IMG/VR virus record: IMGVR_UViG_2684622582_000004
DNA: 35,256 bases
Strand: one strand, 5' to 3'
Source of the DNA: a virus
Lineage: Duplodnaviria > Heunggongvirae > Uroviricota > Caudoviricetes
Part shown: in pieces, positions 8,750 through 18,261 of the stretch
Layout: the number at the start of each line of letters is the position of its first letter
How positions within the stretch are numbered: position 1 is the first letter of the stretch
The notes under the pieces: generated by a model
The model's database searches: none
The model's input: the letters and a program-made list of their open reading frames with translations, nothing else
What the model was told of the DNA's origin: nothing
Position numbers and translations under genes: made by a program

Positions 8750-9940
8750 TTAATTGCTGTTAACCGAGGTAACCAGACTTGCCAGGTATCTGGAAGTAAT
8801 ACGCTGGCGCAGGGTCAGGTTTTCGAGAGGAGGCACCGGGGTATAGTCGTAGTCGATATACAGTTTTCCGGCCTTGAGGGTTTCCGCATCATTGGCTTCT
8901 TCACTGAACCAGCATGTGCCATCCACGATATAACCGTTGTTTTTCAGTTCGCGGAATTTGGCATTAATGCCATCAATGATGTCACGAATCAGCGTTGCGG
9001 TAATTGGCTTATCAATAGCCCACATGTGCGCCTCGGCCATCGTGTCGGCCAGTACCTGCGCGGTGCGGGTGTAGCTTTCAAAGAGGAACAGCGGGTCATC
9101 AGAGCAGGTACGGTTACCCCAGAAGCGGAAGCCGTCGCGGCGAATCAGCGTAGTGATGCCTGACTCGTTAAGCAGGTCAGCATCAGTGCCGGACTTCTGC
9201 AAATCCCAGAATACAGAGGCGCTGATGCCGGTAACACCATTTACCCCGACGTTGGACAGCGTTTTATGCCAGCCCTGCTCCTGGTCGATTTTGGCACGCA
9301 GCCCCAGCGCACGGGCGGTGGCATACGCGGTGGCAGTGGTACTGGTAACCGTATCCCATGCGAGGAAATCCGGCCAGATGACCATCAGCTCACGCTGGCT
9401 GAAATTCTGACGGTAGGCTTTTGCCTCGGAAATGGTTTTACAGCCCCATGCGCTGATATACCCGAATGCATTCAGTTCCTGGCATACCGATGCCAGTGCG
9501 ACGGCAACCTCTTTGGTGTCCAGCCCCGGCACACCAAGAATGCGCGGTTTAACGCCGGTAACCGACTCAGCCCCCATCAGGGCTTTCAGTCCGGTGTACT
9601 GACCGTTTTCGTCAGTGGTGCCGATGATATTGGAAACGGTCTGCGCGAGTTTCGTTTCCTCGTCGTCGCCGGTGCTGTCTTCCACACGCACGACAACGGT
9701 GACCGGTTTTGACTGGTCGGCGATAGCCTGCAACGATGCCGCCAGCGTGCCTTTTTTACCGGCCTTTGCAATCGCGCTCTGCACATTGGTAATCAGCACC
9801 GGTTTATTGAGGGGAAAGGTTTCCGCATCCGCATCGCTGGCCGTGCAGACCATGCCGACAATGGCAGTGGATACGGTGGAAATGACGCGGGTGCCGTCGT
9901 TAATCTCCAGCACCTGCACGCCGTGATGATAGTCACTCAT
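8750..9940 (-). CDS. FI: tail sheath protein (P2 gpFI-like), 396 aa
   Basis: Synteny and P2-matching length; ATG at 9940. Confidence 0.88.
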   Translation of the reverse strand: MSDYHHGVQVLEINDGTRVISTVSTAIVGMVCTASDADAETFPLNKPVLITNVQSAIAKAGKKGTLAASLQAIADQSKPVTVVVRVEDSTGDDEETKLAQTVSNIIGTTDENGQYTGLKALMGAESVTGVKPRILGVPGLDTKEVAVALASVCQELNAFGYISAWGCKTISEAKAYRQNFSQRELMVIWPDFLAWDTVTSTTATAYATARALGLRAKIDQEQGWHKTLSNVGVNGVTGISASVFWDLQKSGTDADLLNESGITTLIRRDGFRFWGNRTCSDDPLFLFESYTRTAQVLADTMAEAHMWAIDKPITATLIRDIIDGINAKFRELKNNGYIVDGTCWFSEEANDAETLKAGKLYIDYDYTPVPPLENLTLRQRITSRYLASLVTSVNSN

Positions 9941-10105
9941 CCGTTTAACTCCGTGGTTAATGGGTGAGTGGTATTTTCTGTTGTGCCGGAGATGTCAGGC
10001 TATTTGTCCCGGTTGGCTAATCGACAGCACAACCACCGGTAAAGAAAAGGCGGGCAATTCGCTCACCTGCCCTGATTTGTACTCACTTATTTTCCGACTG
10101 ACAAT

Positions 10106-10213
10106 TTATTTACCTTCCAACTCAAGTCTAATCCGGATCCCCCAGATATGAGATATCTGAAGTGGCCTTTTTTGACCGATGGTACGGTCTTTATTCCACG
10201 GTGATGTTTTCAT
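10106..10213 (-). CDS. possible small basic protein (35 aa), speculative
   Basis: ATG at 10213 preceded by GGAGA about 7 nt upstream. The SD lies in the arm of a 9-bp-stem hairpin (10217-10225 / 10235-10243). No homology recognised. Confidence 0.2.
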   Translation of the reverse strand: MKTSPWNKDRTIGQKRPLQISHIWGIRIRLELEGK

Positions 10214-10319
10214 ATTCAAATCTCCTGCAATGTGGGAGATTTGAGTATGGTTGTCTCTCAAGAGCGAAAATAAGTCAACTATCACTAGTTGTTGCGCATG
10301 TACGTATTCTGTCAATTAA

Positions 10320-11162
10320 TTATTGACAATCATCAATTCTGGAATGATCAAAATCATCATATCGAATTATAGTCTGGTTGACTGTATCTATTGTTGGTGT
10401 CATTTCTGTTATAATATCCTGATAACCTAAAGAGTTAAATACATTTACTAAGGCCTCACACCGAAGGGCCGTAGCAATTACAAAATTATAAATTGCCAGC
10501 CGTTTATTTTCTTGTTTAACTGCAAGAATGAATTCGATAGCAGTAGTTTCATCACTTTGGATTGCATTATATAGAGATACTATATTTACCATATCATCAG
10601 AGAATGTATGTATTGAATCACAAAGGGGAACGTAATGGGCATGATAGTGTGTTTCCCAGCCAATTAATTCAAAAAGTTTTCTGGTTCCTGGATATTCAGG
10701 TGTATTTGGCCACAATCTATTAAATAGATCAGTTAGTTCTTTTCCCATGCGAATCCTTTCATTTGCTGCTGGATTAGTCATTCCTTTGGATTTTAAACAC
10801 TCCAGCCACCGTTTTCCATTACTATGAACTAATTTCTTACTAGCCTTGAGTAATGCTTGTGCATTTTCGCCATCATCTATTGCTATATAAAATTGATTGG
10901 CAGCCTGTTCTATTATAACCCTAGCTAATACTTCCGATGCTGAAAAGGCTCCTATATTCAAAGAAGAGATAGCCTGATTACTAAGTTCATTCAGTACATT
11001 AAAGTACTGTAAGACCATCAATTTTTGTTCCACACCCTTTAGGTTGTCTATTTTATTTTTATGCTCCTCAAATTTTGCATGGATATATTTATTTATCGCG
11101 GCTATTTTTTTTACATCTTCGTCAAGATCAAACGGGCAACGTCCAAACAATTCTTTTTTCAT
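10320..11162 (-). CDS. hypothetical protein, 280 aa, AT-rich cargo gene in the P2 Z/fun moron slot (function unknown)
   Basis: ATG at 11162 with AGGAGA SD 7 nt upstream and a TATAAT -10 at 11206-11201 (minus strand). Hand-counted sample lines are ~28-42% GC versus ~55% in flanking tail genes. No family motif recognised. Confidence 0.7.
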   Translation of the reverse strand: MKKELFGRCPFDLDEDVKKIAAINKYIHAKFEEHKNKIDNLKGVEQKLMVLQYFNVLNELSNQAISSLNIGAFSASEVLARVIIEQAANQFYIAIDDGENAQALLKASKKLVHSNGKRWLECLKSKGMTNPAANERIRMGKELTDLFNRLWPNTPEYPGTRKLFELIGWETHYHAHYVPLCDSIHTFSDDMVNIVSLYNAIQSDETTAIEFILAVKQENKRLAIYNFVIATALRCEALVNVFNSLGYQDIITEMTPTIDTVNQTIIRYDDFDHSRIDDCQ

Positions 11163-11200
11163 ATATTTCTCCTGTTGTACAAGCTTCCATAAGTTGGCAG

Positions 11201-11206
11201 ATTATA
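11201..11206 (-). promoter_or_regulatory. candidate sigma70 -10 hexamer (TATAAT) for the 280-aa cargo gene
   Basis: Perfect TATAAT about 35 nt upstream of the ATG. No good -35 seen. Confidence 0.3.
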
Positions 11207-11583
11207 CACTGAAGATTACCTATAAATAGCTGTGCGGGATAGCAGATCAGTGCAAGAAGTACAACCAAGTGAACTGTGCGTATTCAGATACCTGGCCTAA
11301 CGTTCGCGATAGCCGTCCCCTGCACAAAGCCATATATTAGATGTATTAGCTCAGACCTTATCTGACAGGTTGAGTAGGTAGAATCTAATCAAAGCTGACA
11401 GTCTGGTTTGGACTGTGAGTTCAACCGATGGATGCAACACACAGCGATCTACGGACATTACTAGCATAGCTGTGTATTAATCATCGGGGAGCAGGTCAGT
11501 CCGCTCCTAGCACAGAGCAGACTGTCAGATTAGGCTTTACTCTGTGCTATAGATACGTTAGCTCACTCCAGAGATCATACAAC

Positions 11584-12111
11584 TTATTGCGGCATTTCCG
11601 GCCATTCAGGATTTGCAGGATCCACACGGCTGACCAGAACACTGTAGCGTTCCCATGCTTCCAGTCGGCTACGCTCCTCATCTGTTGCCATATTCAGTCT
11701 GACAGAGCGTTCCAGTGGCTGAATGATAGTTTCAGCTTCGGAAAGCAAAGCTGACTTCTGTAATTCCGCCAGTTGCAGCTGTTCGTCTGCCGTATAAATC
11801 CGCTTAATCACAGCACCATCCTTAAACATCCATTTACCTGAGTCATCAGCACGTCGGTTGGCGGTAATATCAGGAACCTCGACAACGCTAAAACCTTCAG
11901 GGTTAAGCGTTGAAGCATCTCTGGTGATGCCGACAATTATATTATTCTCGTCGTAAACAATCTTTATCGTGTCTTCCTGAAAATTACTTACTTCCTCATA
12001 CCAGTTTTTTCCCTCTTCGGACCATAACCAGATAACATCAAAATTTTTTGTCAGTTGATATTGGGCAACAGTTTTTGGATTACCCGCAGTAATATTTTTT
12101 AAATGCTGCAT
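11584..12111 (-). CDS. G: tail fiber assembly chaperone (P2 gpG-like), 175 aa
   Basis: Immediately downstream of the tail fiber gene; P2 gpG length. Confidence 0.85.
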   Translation of the reverse strand: MQHLKNITAGNPKTVAQYQLTKNFDVIWLWSEEGKNWYEEVSNFQEDTIKIVYDENNIIVGITRDASTLNPEGFSVVEVPDITANRRADDSGKWMFKDGAVIKRIYTADEQLQLAELQKSALLSEAETIIQPLERSVRLNMATDEERSRLEAWERYSVLVSRVDPANPEWPEMPQ

Positions 12112-12114
12112 AAA

Positions 12115-14856
12115 TTACACCTGTGCAACGTTATACCATGTGCCATTGATGTATTTTTGTATTGGTCTGAATACTGCGGGGTCATCACCATCGACTTCAC
12201 CGACAATACCAAGCCCTGTAATTACGTGCCCTGCTTTCTCATACATCACCCCTTTCTGCATGGTCTGAACAACACGAGTGCCAAGTCTGACATCTCTCAC
12301 ATAGCGGGAATCAAAGTTACCGTAATCCGAAGGATTAACACGCCCCGTAATATTTATGGTTTTATTACTTTGAATGCTTCCGGAGACAAAGCGCATAACA
12401 TGGACGCTATTAGCATAAACATCCAGATTACCATCACCATTTTGTTTAAAGCCCGTGTCATTATCACCCAAAACAATCGAATTACCGCCAAGAGCACTGG
12501 ATGTTCCGATGCCCAGTGCACCATTCAATTGACCACCAGATAACGACAGTGCACCGACATCTCCCGCTGTAGGTTTTCGCGTTGTGGTATAAAACTCAGA
12601 CCAGTCAGCCTCGAATCCGTAACCATCACGAGCAGAACGATAAAAAATACCGCCGTTCTTATAATTAACGCGGAACTGGGCTGCGGGACAACTTCCTTCA
12701 CCGATATTAAAATGAAGAATTAACGTTGATGCCCCACCAGTAGTTGCGTTATAGGCTCCGCTACTCCAGTTCCATCCAACGGCTTTATCATTCGCAACGG
12801 TGTCTCCTGTTTTTCCTGAAGCAAATGCACCAATATTTTTCGGCGTCAGGTTAATATCTGATGTTCCATCAAACGAAACGTTATTAATTTTACGGGCTGT
12901 TTTCAGCTTTGTTGCTGTCGCCGCATTGCCGGACAGTTCACCAGAGAGGCCTGCACTGAATGTCTGTTTTGCCTCCCATGTCTGGGCTTCGTCGATAATT
13001 GGTAGCCGACGAATATTGAAGCTACGCTCCCCAGGATTGCCATATAAGCGGACTGTAAAAAAACGATAGTTGGTTTTGTTTGAGGTGCTGCGCCATACCT
13101 GCATTGAACGGGCGACACCTCCACCTTCACTGGGGCCAACAGTGATATTTATCAGGTTAGTATCAATGACGCCCCATTCCATCCCATCGGGGATATTGGT
13201 CATATCGGAGAGTCTGACAGTTATCATGCTGCCCGGCACAAAGTCGTAGGTCTGCCAGTCCAGACTGGATAACCTGTCGGTAACACCGCCGACACCTAAT
13301 TTAGTGAGTAATGATTTTGAGTTGTAAACTTCCGCCCATTCCCCCCAGTCAGCTTCACCGCTGGCACGAGTTCGTTGAAATGTCCGGTTTTTATAGGCAT
13401 CCGTTGCAGAAACTGTCGTATATGTCTGGATATACGATTCAATATCACAACGTTTTTTCACTTCAACTATTGAGCCAACAGCAAGATCTTTAGAGTCGGT
13501 GACTGGTGCGTTTGTGGCCTGTTTCGTGACGCTATAAATACCAGGCTTTAAAAGGTCATCAAGATCCCCTGAATAAGTCCATCCCGTGGACTGATACCCA
13601 ACAGCAATCCAGTCCTCCCATTGTGGATTCTCTGCATCCCATGAGGCAGTCAGTCCGCGAATGTACATAGTCCCACTACGGGTGGTGTAACGTTGCATTC
13701 TCCCATACAGACCGCCTTCAAAGACTTCCAGAATACCCTGACCAAAGCTCCCGTCCTCCGGGAAATGACGTTCAAATGAGGCTATTGATGTACTGCTATT
13801 GCGCCATATTCCCAGGTGTTCCGCGCCACCTAAAGAATTCAGGTCAATTGACGTGCTTAATGGTCGAGTCCCGCTTGTAATAACTCTCCATGCACTCCAT
13901 GTTGGACTGGCTGGGTTCCATTCTGCATCAAGCATCCGAATGTAAATATTACCGGTTCGGGTGGTGTAGCGTTGTGTGCAGTGAAAGCGACCAGCATTGA
14001 ATACTTCCAGAACCCCATTGCCTTTATCTTCAGGGTAACCAGACTCTGGTTTTGCAGTGGATTGTGACGGACATGACCACGTTCCAAGATATTTTTCTTC
14101 TGGGCCATAGGAGTCAAGATTGTCAGTGGTTGGAATCATTCCATTGTGTTTCATAAACGTCAGGCTGGTAACGCCAATATTGTCCAGAAAAGCTGATTTA
14201 TCCTGGATATCTGCACCGTTCTGATTTTTCGCCAGACGTGAATTTGCGTTGTCATTTGCTGCCTTGACCGCTTTTGGCGTTGCCGCCAGCTTTTCACTGG
14301 TGCTGTTTGTTGCACTGCTTAACTGAGTAAAACCTTTTTCTGTCAGCGTGGCGTCAGGATGGCGGCGGGACTGCTCATGCTCTGCGATTTTGTCATCGAC
14401 GTAATCCTGCGTCGCCATCACCGTGCTGGCATCAATACTCAGCTCAACGGACGCCACGTTGCTGAGAATAATAACCATGCGGCAGGTCTGCGCACGTCCG
14501 GAGCCTTCAGCCAGTTCTGGCTTATAGCTTTCTGCCATGTTGGATACCGCAATCAGTGTTCCGGCATCGTCATACAGACCAAGTTCACGCATCCAGAAGC
14601 CGCCCACTTCTGGCGGTACAACCAGTTCAGCCACGATATAGTTTTTATTCTTGTTATCCACGCTGACTTTATTCAGAGCGTGACGCCAGACCTCATGCAC
14701 CAGTTTCGTCTGACCGGCATCCGGCACCGGCAATTTGCCATTACCGTCACCCACGGCCATTGCAGACAGGTTTACTTTTTTCCCGCCGGGGACAGTGGCG
14801 GCTGCCAGCTTTGCGGCTCCGGCAGTAGTGATAACGGTTTTAAATTTCGTGCTCAT
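12115..14856 (-). CDS. H: tail fiber protein (P2 gpH-like, mosaic), 913 aa
   Basis: N-terminus (MSTKFKTVITTAGAAKLAAAT...) and C-terminus (...NFDSRYVRDVRLGTRVVQ...FRPIQKYINGTWYNVAQV) resemble P2 gpH as I recall it. The central region differs and contains an internal tandem domain repeat. Confidence 0.85.
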   Translation of the reverse strand: MSTKFKTVITTAGAAKLAAATVPGGKKVNLSAMAVGDGNGKLPVPDAGQTKLVHEVWRHALNKVSVDNKNKNYIVAELVVPPEVGGFWMRELGLYDDAGTLIAVSNMAESYKPELAEGSGRAQTCRMVIILSNVASVELSIDASTVMATQDYVDDKIAEHEQSRRHPDATLTEKGFTQLSSATNSTSEKLAATPKAVKAANDNANSRLAKNQNGADIQDKSAFLDNIGVTSLTFMKHNGMIPTTDNLDSYGPEEKYLGTWSCPSQSTAKPESGYPEDKGNGVLEVFNAGRFHCTQRYTTRTGNIYIRMLDAEWNPASPTWSAWRVITSGTRPLSTSIDLNSLGGAEHLGIWRNSSTSIASFERHFPEDGSFGQGILEVFEGGLYGRMQRYTTRSGTMYIRGLTASWDAENPQWEDWIAVGYQSTGWTYSGDLDDLLKPGIYSVTKQATNAPVTDSKDLAVGSIVEVKKRCDIESYIQTYTTVSATDAYKNRTFQRTRASGEADWGEWAEVYNSKSLLTKLGVGGVTDRLSSLDWQTYDFVPGSMITVRLSDMTNIPDGMEWGVIDTNLINITVGPSEGGGVARSMQVWRSTSNKTNYRFFTVRLYGNPGERSFNIRRLPIIDEAQTWEAKQTFSAGLSGELSGNAATATKLKTARKINNVSFDGTSDINLTPKNIGAFASGKTGDTVANDKAVGWNWSSGAYNATTGGASTLILHFNIGEGSCPAAQFRVNYKNGGIFYRSARDGYGFEADWSEFYTTTRKPTAGDVGALSLSGGQLNGALGIGTSSALGGNSIVLGDNDTGFKQNGDGNLDVYANSVHVMRFVSGSIQSNKTINITGRVNPSDYGNFDSRYVRDVRLGTRVVQTMQKGVMYEKAGHVITGLGIVGEVDGDDPAVFRPIQKYINGTWYNVAQV

Positions 14857-14866
14857 TGTTTCTCAC

Positions 14867-15397
14867 TTATCCGGGATAAACAGTAATAACATCACCATCA
14901 CAGACCACACCGCCTGTATACAGATAGCCGGGAATGTCCTGGATAATGTTCAGGCCAATAAGGTGGCGGCTTGCAGGTTTGGCATCAGCAATCAGCCGTT
15001 CCATTTCCTGATACATTGCCTCTGTGATACCGCTTTCCAGTACACCAATATCAAGCCGGAAGGTGCCGGGCGGGTCACTGGTTTCCCACCACTCCGTCAC
15101 GTTGATGAGATAGCCCAGCGGCTCCACCACACGCCGGATTGCACCTATAGTGCCTTTATGACAGTGGATGAAATAGGCATCGCGGATAACGGCGCGTTTG
15201 GTCGCTTCCGGCCACTTTTCATCCCATCTGTCGACCGAAAACGCCCACGCCAGCCACGGCAGCAGATTTGCCGGGCAGGTGTCCGGGTTCCACAGCTCAC
15301 GAATACTGACCGGCGTTTTTTCAATTTCCGCACAGGCTTTTGCAGCGGCGACTTCAAGCGGTGATGAGCCGGTCGGCAGCAGTCGCGAATCACTCAT
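14867..15397 (-). CDS. I: baseplate assembly protein (P2 gpI-like), 176 aa
   Basis: Synteny and P2 length. Confidence 0.85.
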   Translation of the reverse strand: MSDSRLLPTGSSPLEVAAAKACAEIEKTPVSIRELWNPDTCPANLLPWLAWAFSVDRWDEKWPEATKRAVIRDAYFIHCHKGTIGAIRRVVEPLGYLINVTEWWETSDPPGTFRLDIGVLESGITEAMYQEMERLIADAKPASRHLIGLNIIQDIPGYLYTGGVVCDGDVITVYPG

Positions 15398-16298
15398 CCG
15401 AGCCTCCGGTCACGACGCGGTATTCGGTACAGAAAGACGCCTGCGTACTGTTGAGCACGATATCGGCCAGTGGTGCCGCCAGCTCGACACGCTGCACGCC
15501 TTCCACATGCAAAGCGGCATAAATGGCAGACAGACGGATGTCGCGCCCCAGCCGGTGCTGTGCCGTGATGTACGCTTCCAGCTTTTTCACGGCGGCCGCG
15601 CGGATGGGTTCGCTTTCGGGACCAGGGTAAAGGTAAAGCGTGGCGTTTATCTGGTATTCAACAATGGCGGCAGACTGCACGGTCACACGGTCAGCCACCG
15701 GCCTGACGTCCTCACCATTAAGGGCGTTACGCACCACGGCCAGCAGGTCTTCGGATGCGACACCGTTATTTTCACGTGACAGCACAGAGATGGTGACGCA
15801 GGCCGGAGACGGACTGGTGACAGAAATATCCGCGACACGCCCGTCGGCACTGCGACCATGATACTGATAGGCTCCCACCGACCCGGCGACGCTTAAGCCC
15901 TCAAACGCCTGCTGAATACGCAGACGATAATCGGTGTCAGACTCCATCACTGCCGGTGTCGGCGGGATGGTCGAATCATCTGCCGGGGTGATAGTCAGGC
16001 GCGTGGTGTTGTAATTGGCACCAATCACATCAAGGTCATTACCGGCTGCACAGGCCAGCATCACCGCCCGTGCAGCCTCATTCACACGCTGACGCCAGAT
16101 AAGCTCGCGATACGCATTTTCCTCCAGCAGTTTGACGAGAGGCTCGGATTCCAGCGTCAGGGTACGGGCGACCGCCTCCTGCTGGTCTTCCGGGTAAAGG
16201 GAAATCAGTGTCGCCTTGCGTTCGGCAAGAATGGTTTCAAAGTCCAGCTCCTCAACCACATCCGGTGCGGGTAGCTGGTTCAGGTCGATAATCTGCAT
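15390..16298 (-). CDS. J: baseplate wedge protein (P2 gpJ-like), 302 aa
   Basis: Synteny and P2 length. Confidence 0.87.
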   Translation of the reverse strand: MQIIDLNQLPAPDVVEELDFETILAERKATLISLYPEDQQEAVARTLTLESEPLVKLLEENAYRELIWRQRVNEAARAVMLACAAGNDLDVIGANYNTTRLTITPADDSTIPPTPAVMESDTDYRLRIQQAFEGLSVAGSVGAYQYHGRSADGRVADISVTSPSPACVTISVLSRENNGVASEDLLAVVRNALNGEDVRPVADRVTVQSAAIVEYQINATLYLYPGPESEPIRAAAVKKLEAYITAQHRLGRDIRLSAIYAALHVEGVQRVELAAPLADIVLNSTQASFCTEYRVVTGGSDE

Positions 16299-16302
16299 GG
16301 TT

Positions 16303-16650
16303 TCAACTCACAGGGATGGTTAACGAAAGTGGCTGGCCGGTGTCGTTGTGCTGACCGGTTAACGTGACCGTCATTCGCCCGTCAAAACTGCGCGCCGTGG
16401 TGACGGATGACAGGGTGACGCGGGGTTCCCATTTCAGCACCGCCATGTAACAGGCGACCTTAATCTGCAACTCAAGCGCGGGGGTCTGCGGCTGGTCAAT
16501 CATTGATGCCAGCAACGAGCCGTAATCACGACGCATCACCCGTGAGCCGACCGGCGTGCGCAGGATATCGCCGATACTCTGGCTGATATGCTCAAGGTCA
16601 GTGACAGTCAGACCATCACTGCGATTCATTCCGAGATAACGCGCTGTCAT
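16303..16650 (-). CDS. W: baseplate protein (P2 gpW-like), 115 aa
   Basis: Synteny and P2 length. Confidence 0.85.
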   Translation of the reverse strand: MTARYLGMNRSDGLTVTDLEHISQSIGDILRTPVGSRVMRRDYGSLLASMIDQPQTPALELQIKVACYMAVLKWEPRVTLSSVTTARSFDGRMTVTLTGQHNDTGQPLSLTIPVS

Positions 16651-17282
16651 AGAGGACTCCCGGTTGTGCCGCCGCTGTCGCCGGGGTGTTTATGGGTATG
16701 CAGTACCTTACCGTTTGATGAGAGTTCACCGCCGGTGTGTTCAATGTTGCCGCGCATCGTCCCGCCCTTCTGCACTTCCAGCGTGCCGGTAATCAGCCTG
16801 TTGGTGCAGACCACCTCTGGTGTGTCCAGGGTGACGCGGGTTGATGCTTTCACCGTGACCACCGGCACCGTGGCAGTAACAGAATCAGAAGCCGTCACGC
16901 TGGCCGTTTTAATTCCGCTTACCGTAAGTGCACTGGTTTCGGGTTCATACTCAATCACCGCCCCGTCAGGGAAACGGATATGCAGGGCATCCGCCGACGC
17001 AGACGGCGCGGGGTTATCGCCGGAATAAATCCCCGGCAGAACGAACGCCGTGTCAAGTTCACCACCCACGGCCAGAATCAGCACCTGTTCCCCCACGGAA
17101 GGTGCCCACCATGTGCGCGAACGCCCGGCGCGATGGGTCAGCCACTGAAGCCAGTCGGTGCACATGCCGCCGGTCTGCACACGGCAGCGACCGGCGTTAA
17201 GGTCGGTTTCGACGACAAGGCCGGTGCGAATCATGTTGCGCAGTGCGCGCGCGAGTTCCTGAATATTTGCGAGAGTGTTCAT
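16647..17282 (-). CDS. V: baseplate central spike protein (P2 gpV-like), 211 aa
   Basis: Synteny and P2 length; ATG at 17282. Confidence 0.87.
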   Translation of the reverse strand: MNTLANIQELARALRNMIRTGLVVETDLNAGRCRVQTGGMCTDWLQWLTHRAGRSRTWWAPSVGEQVLILAVGGELDTAFVLPGIYSGDNPAPSASADALHIRFPDGAVIEYEPETSALTVSGIKTASVTASDSVTATVPVVTVKASTRVTLDTPEVVCTNRLITGTLEVQKGGTMRGNIEHTGGELSSNGKVLHTHKHPGDSGGTTGSPL

Positions 17283-17348
17283 AACGGGAAGGATGCCGCC
17301 GGGTCATACCGGCGGCAATGTGACGATGAGGTGTCGGGAATGGCACAA

Positions 17349-17801
17349 CTAACGGTCGAGGTGAGCCAGGATAATCTCTTCAATCATCTGCACATCCTCA
17401 CCGGTAAAGCCGAGCAGAGGACGCGCCGGATAATCAATTTTCTTACCGTCTTTCCGGTTTTCTTCCGACAGACCGAACTGATGCACACTGGCGATTTTCG
17501 GTGACTTCCCGCCGTAAAACTCCATTGCTGCCTGTTCAGGGCTGGCGCGGATATGCAAAAAACGACTGGTGATAAGTTTCGCAAACATTTTTCGCTTAAC
17601 GCGACCGGTCTTTTTTCTGGCGCTCTGCTGCTGGCGTGGTGCGTAGGGTGTGCCGTCCGGGGCTTTCTGTGCCATCACCCGGCGCTGCTGACTCTGCCGC
17701 AGACGTTTCGCCAGTTCGGCGCTCAGTCGCCGACGCCCTGACGGTGACAGCGATTCAATAAGTCCGGTCAGCCGGTCTTCAAAACGCTTAAACTCATTCA
17801 T
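17349..17801 (-). CDS. S: tail completion protein (P2 gpS-like), 150 aa
   Basis: Synteny and P2 length. Confidence 0.85.
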   Translation of the reverse strand: MNEFKRFEDRLTGLIESLSPSGRRRLSAELAKRLRQSQQRRVMAQKAPDGTPYAPRQQQSARKKTGRVKRKMFAKLITSRFLHIRASPEQAAMEFYGGKSPKIASVHQFGLSEENRKDGKKIDYPARPLLGFTGEDVQMIEEIILAHLDR

Positions 17802-18261
17802 CCCACTTGCTCACCAGTTCGCCATTGATATAAAGCTCCACCGGGCGGGTGACCGGCTCCGGCGGCGGAGGTTCCGGGATATTCTTCACATGCAGTGCGC
17901 CGTCCACCTCACTGACCAGCGTGCGCTCGGTCAGCATCAGGCTGATGCTGATATCAAAGCTGCTGTCATTGTTGATGTCCGCATAAAACGTGAAGCCCTT
18001 TTTCTGGCCTTCGTCGGTGGTCATGATGTCGGGCTGATTTTCCCGCAGCCACGCCAGCACCGGCACGATGAGCAGGTCAAAATCACCGGTAAAGTCGGTC
18101 ACAATGACATTGAGCGTGTAACGCTTTTCGAATGACAGCGACGTCGCCAGTGTGGAGGCAATACTCCCGTTATCCACGAATATCCGCAGCATCTCGGGGC
18201 TGGTTTTCAGCACCGTGACGGCATCAGTCAGTGCCCTGCGCAGGCTGTCGGGTTTGAGCAT
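17794..18261 (-). CDS. R: tail completion protein (P2 gpR-like), 155 aa
   Basis: Synteny and P2 length. Confidence 0.85.
   Translation of the reverse strand: MLKPDSLRRALTDAVTVLKTSPEMLRIFVDNGSIASTLATSLSFEKRYTLNVIVTDFTGDFDLLIVPVLAWLRENQPDIMTTDEGQKKGFTFYADINNDSSFDISISLMLTERTLVSEVDGALHVKNIPEPPPPEPVTRPVELYINGELVSKWDE

Noticed and set aside
10310-10329. Imperfect palindrome TGTCAA-N8-TTGACA centred on the stop codon of the 280-aa cargo gene
   Set aside because: Short arms in AT-rich sequence; could be a chance match or weak terminator. Insufficient to call an operator.
11163-11583. Retron-like msr/msd non-coding RNA upstream of the cargo gene
   Set aside because: Retrons are known cargo of P2-like prophages and the region is structured, but the adjacent 280-aa protein shows no reverse-transcriptase motifs (no YxDD box, too short). 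No retron call.
17332-17347. TGT-N10-ACA dyad near the S/V junction as a possible Ogr late-promoter element
   Set aside because: Spacing does not match the TGT-N12-ACA consensus I recall, and it is too close to the V start codon. I could not identify canonical Ogr sites by eye upstream of FI, V, O or P either, so no late promoter is annotated precisely.
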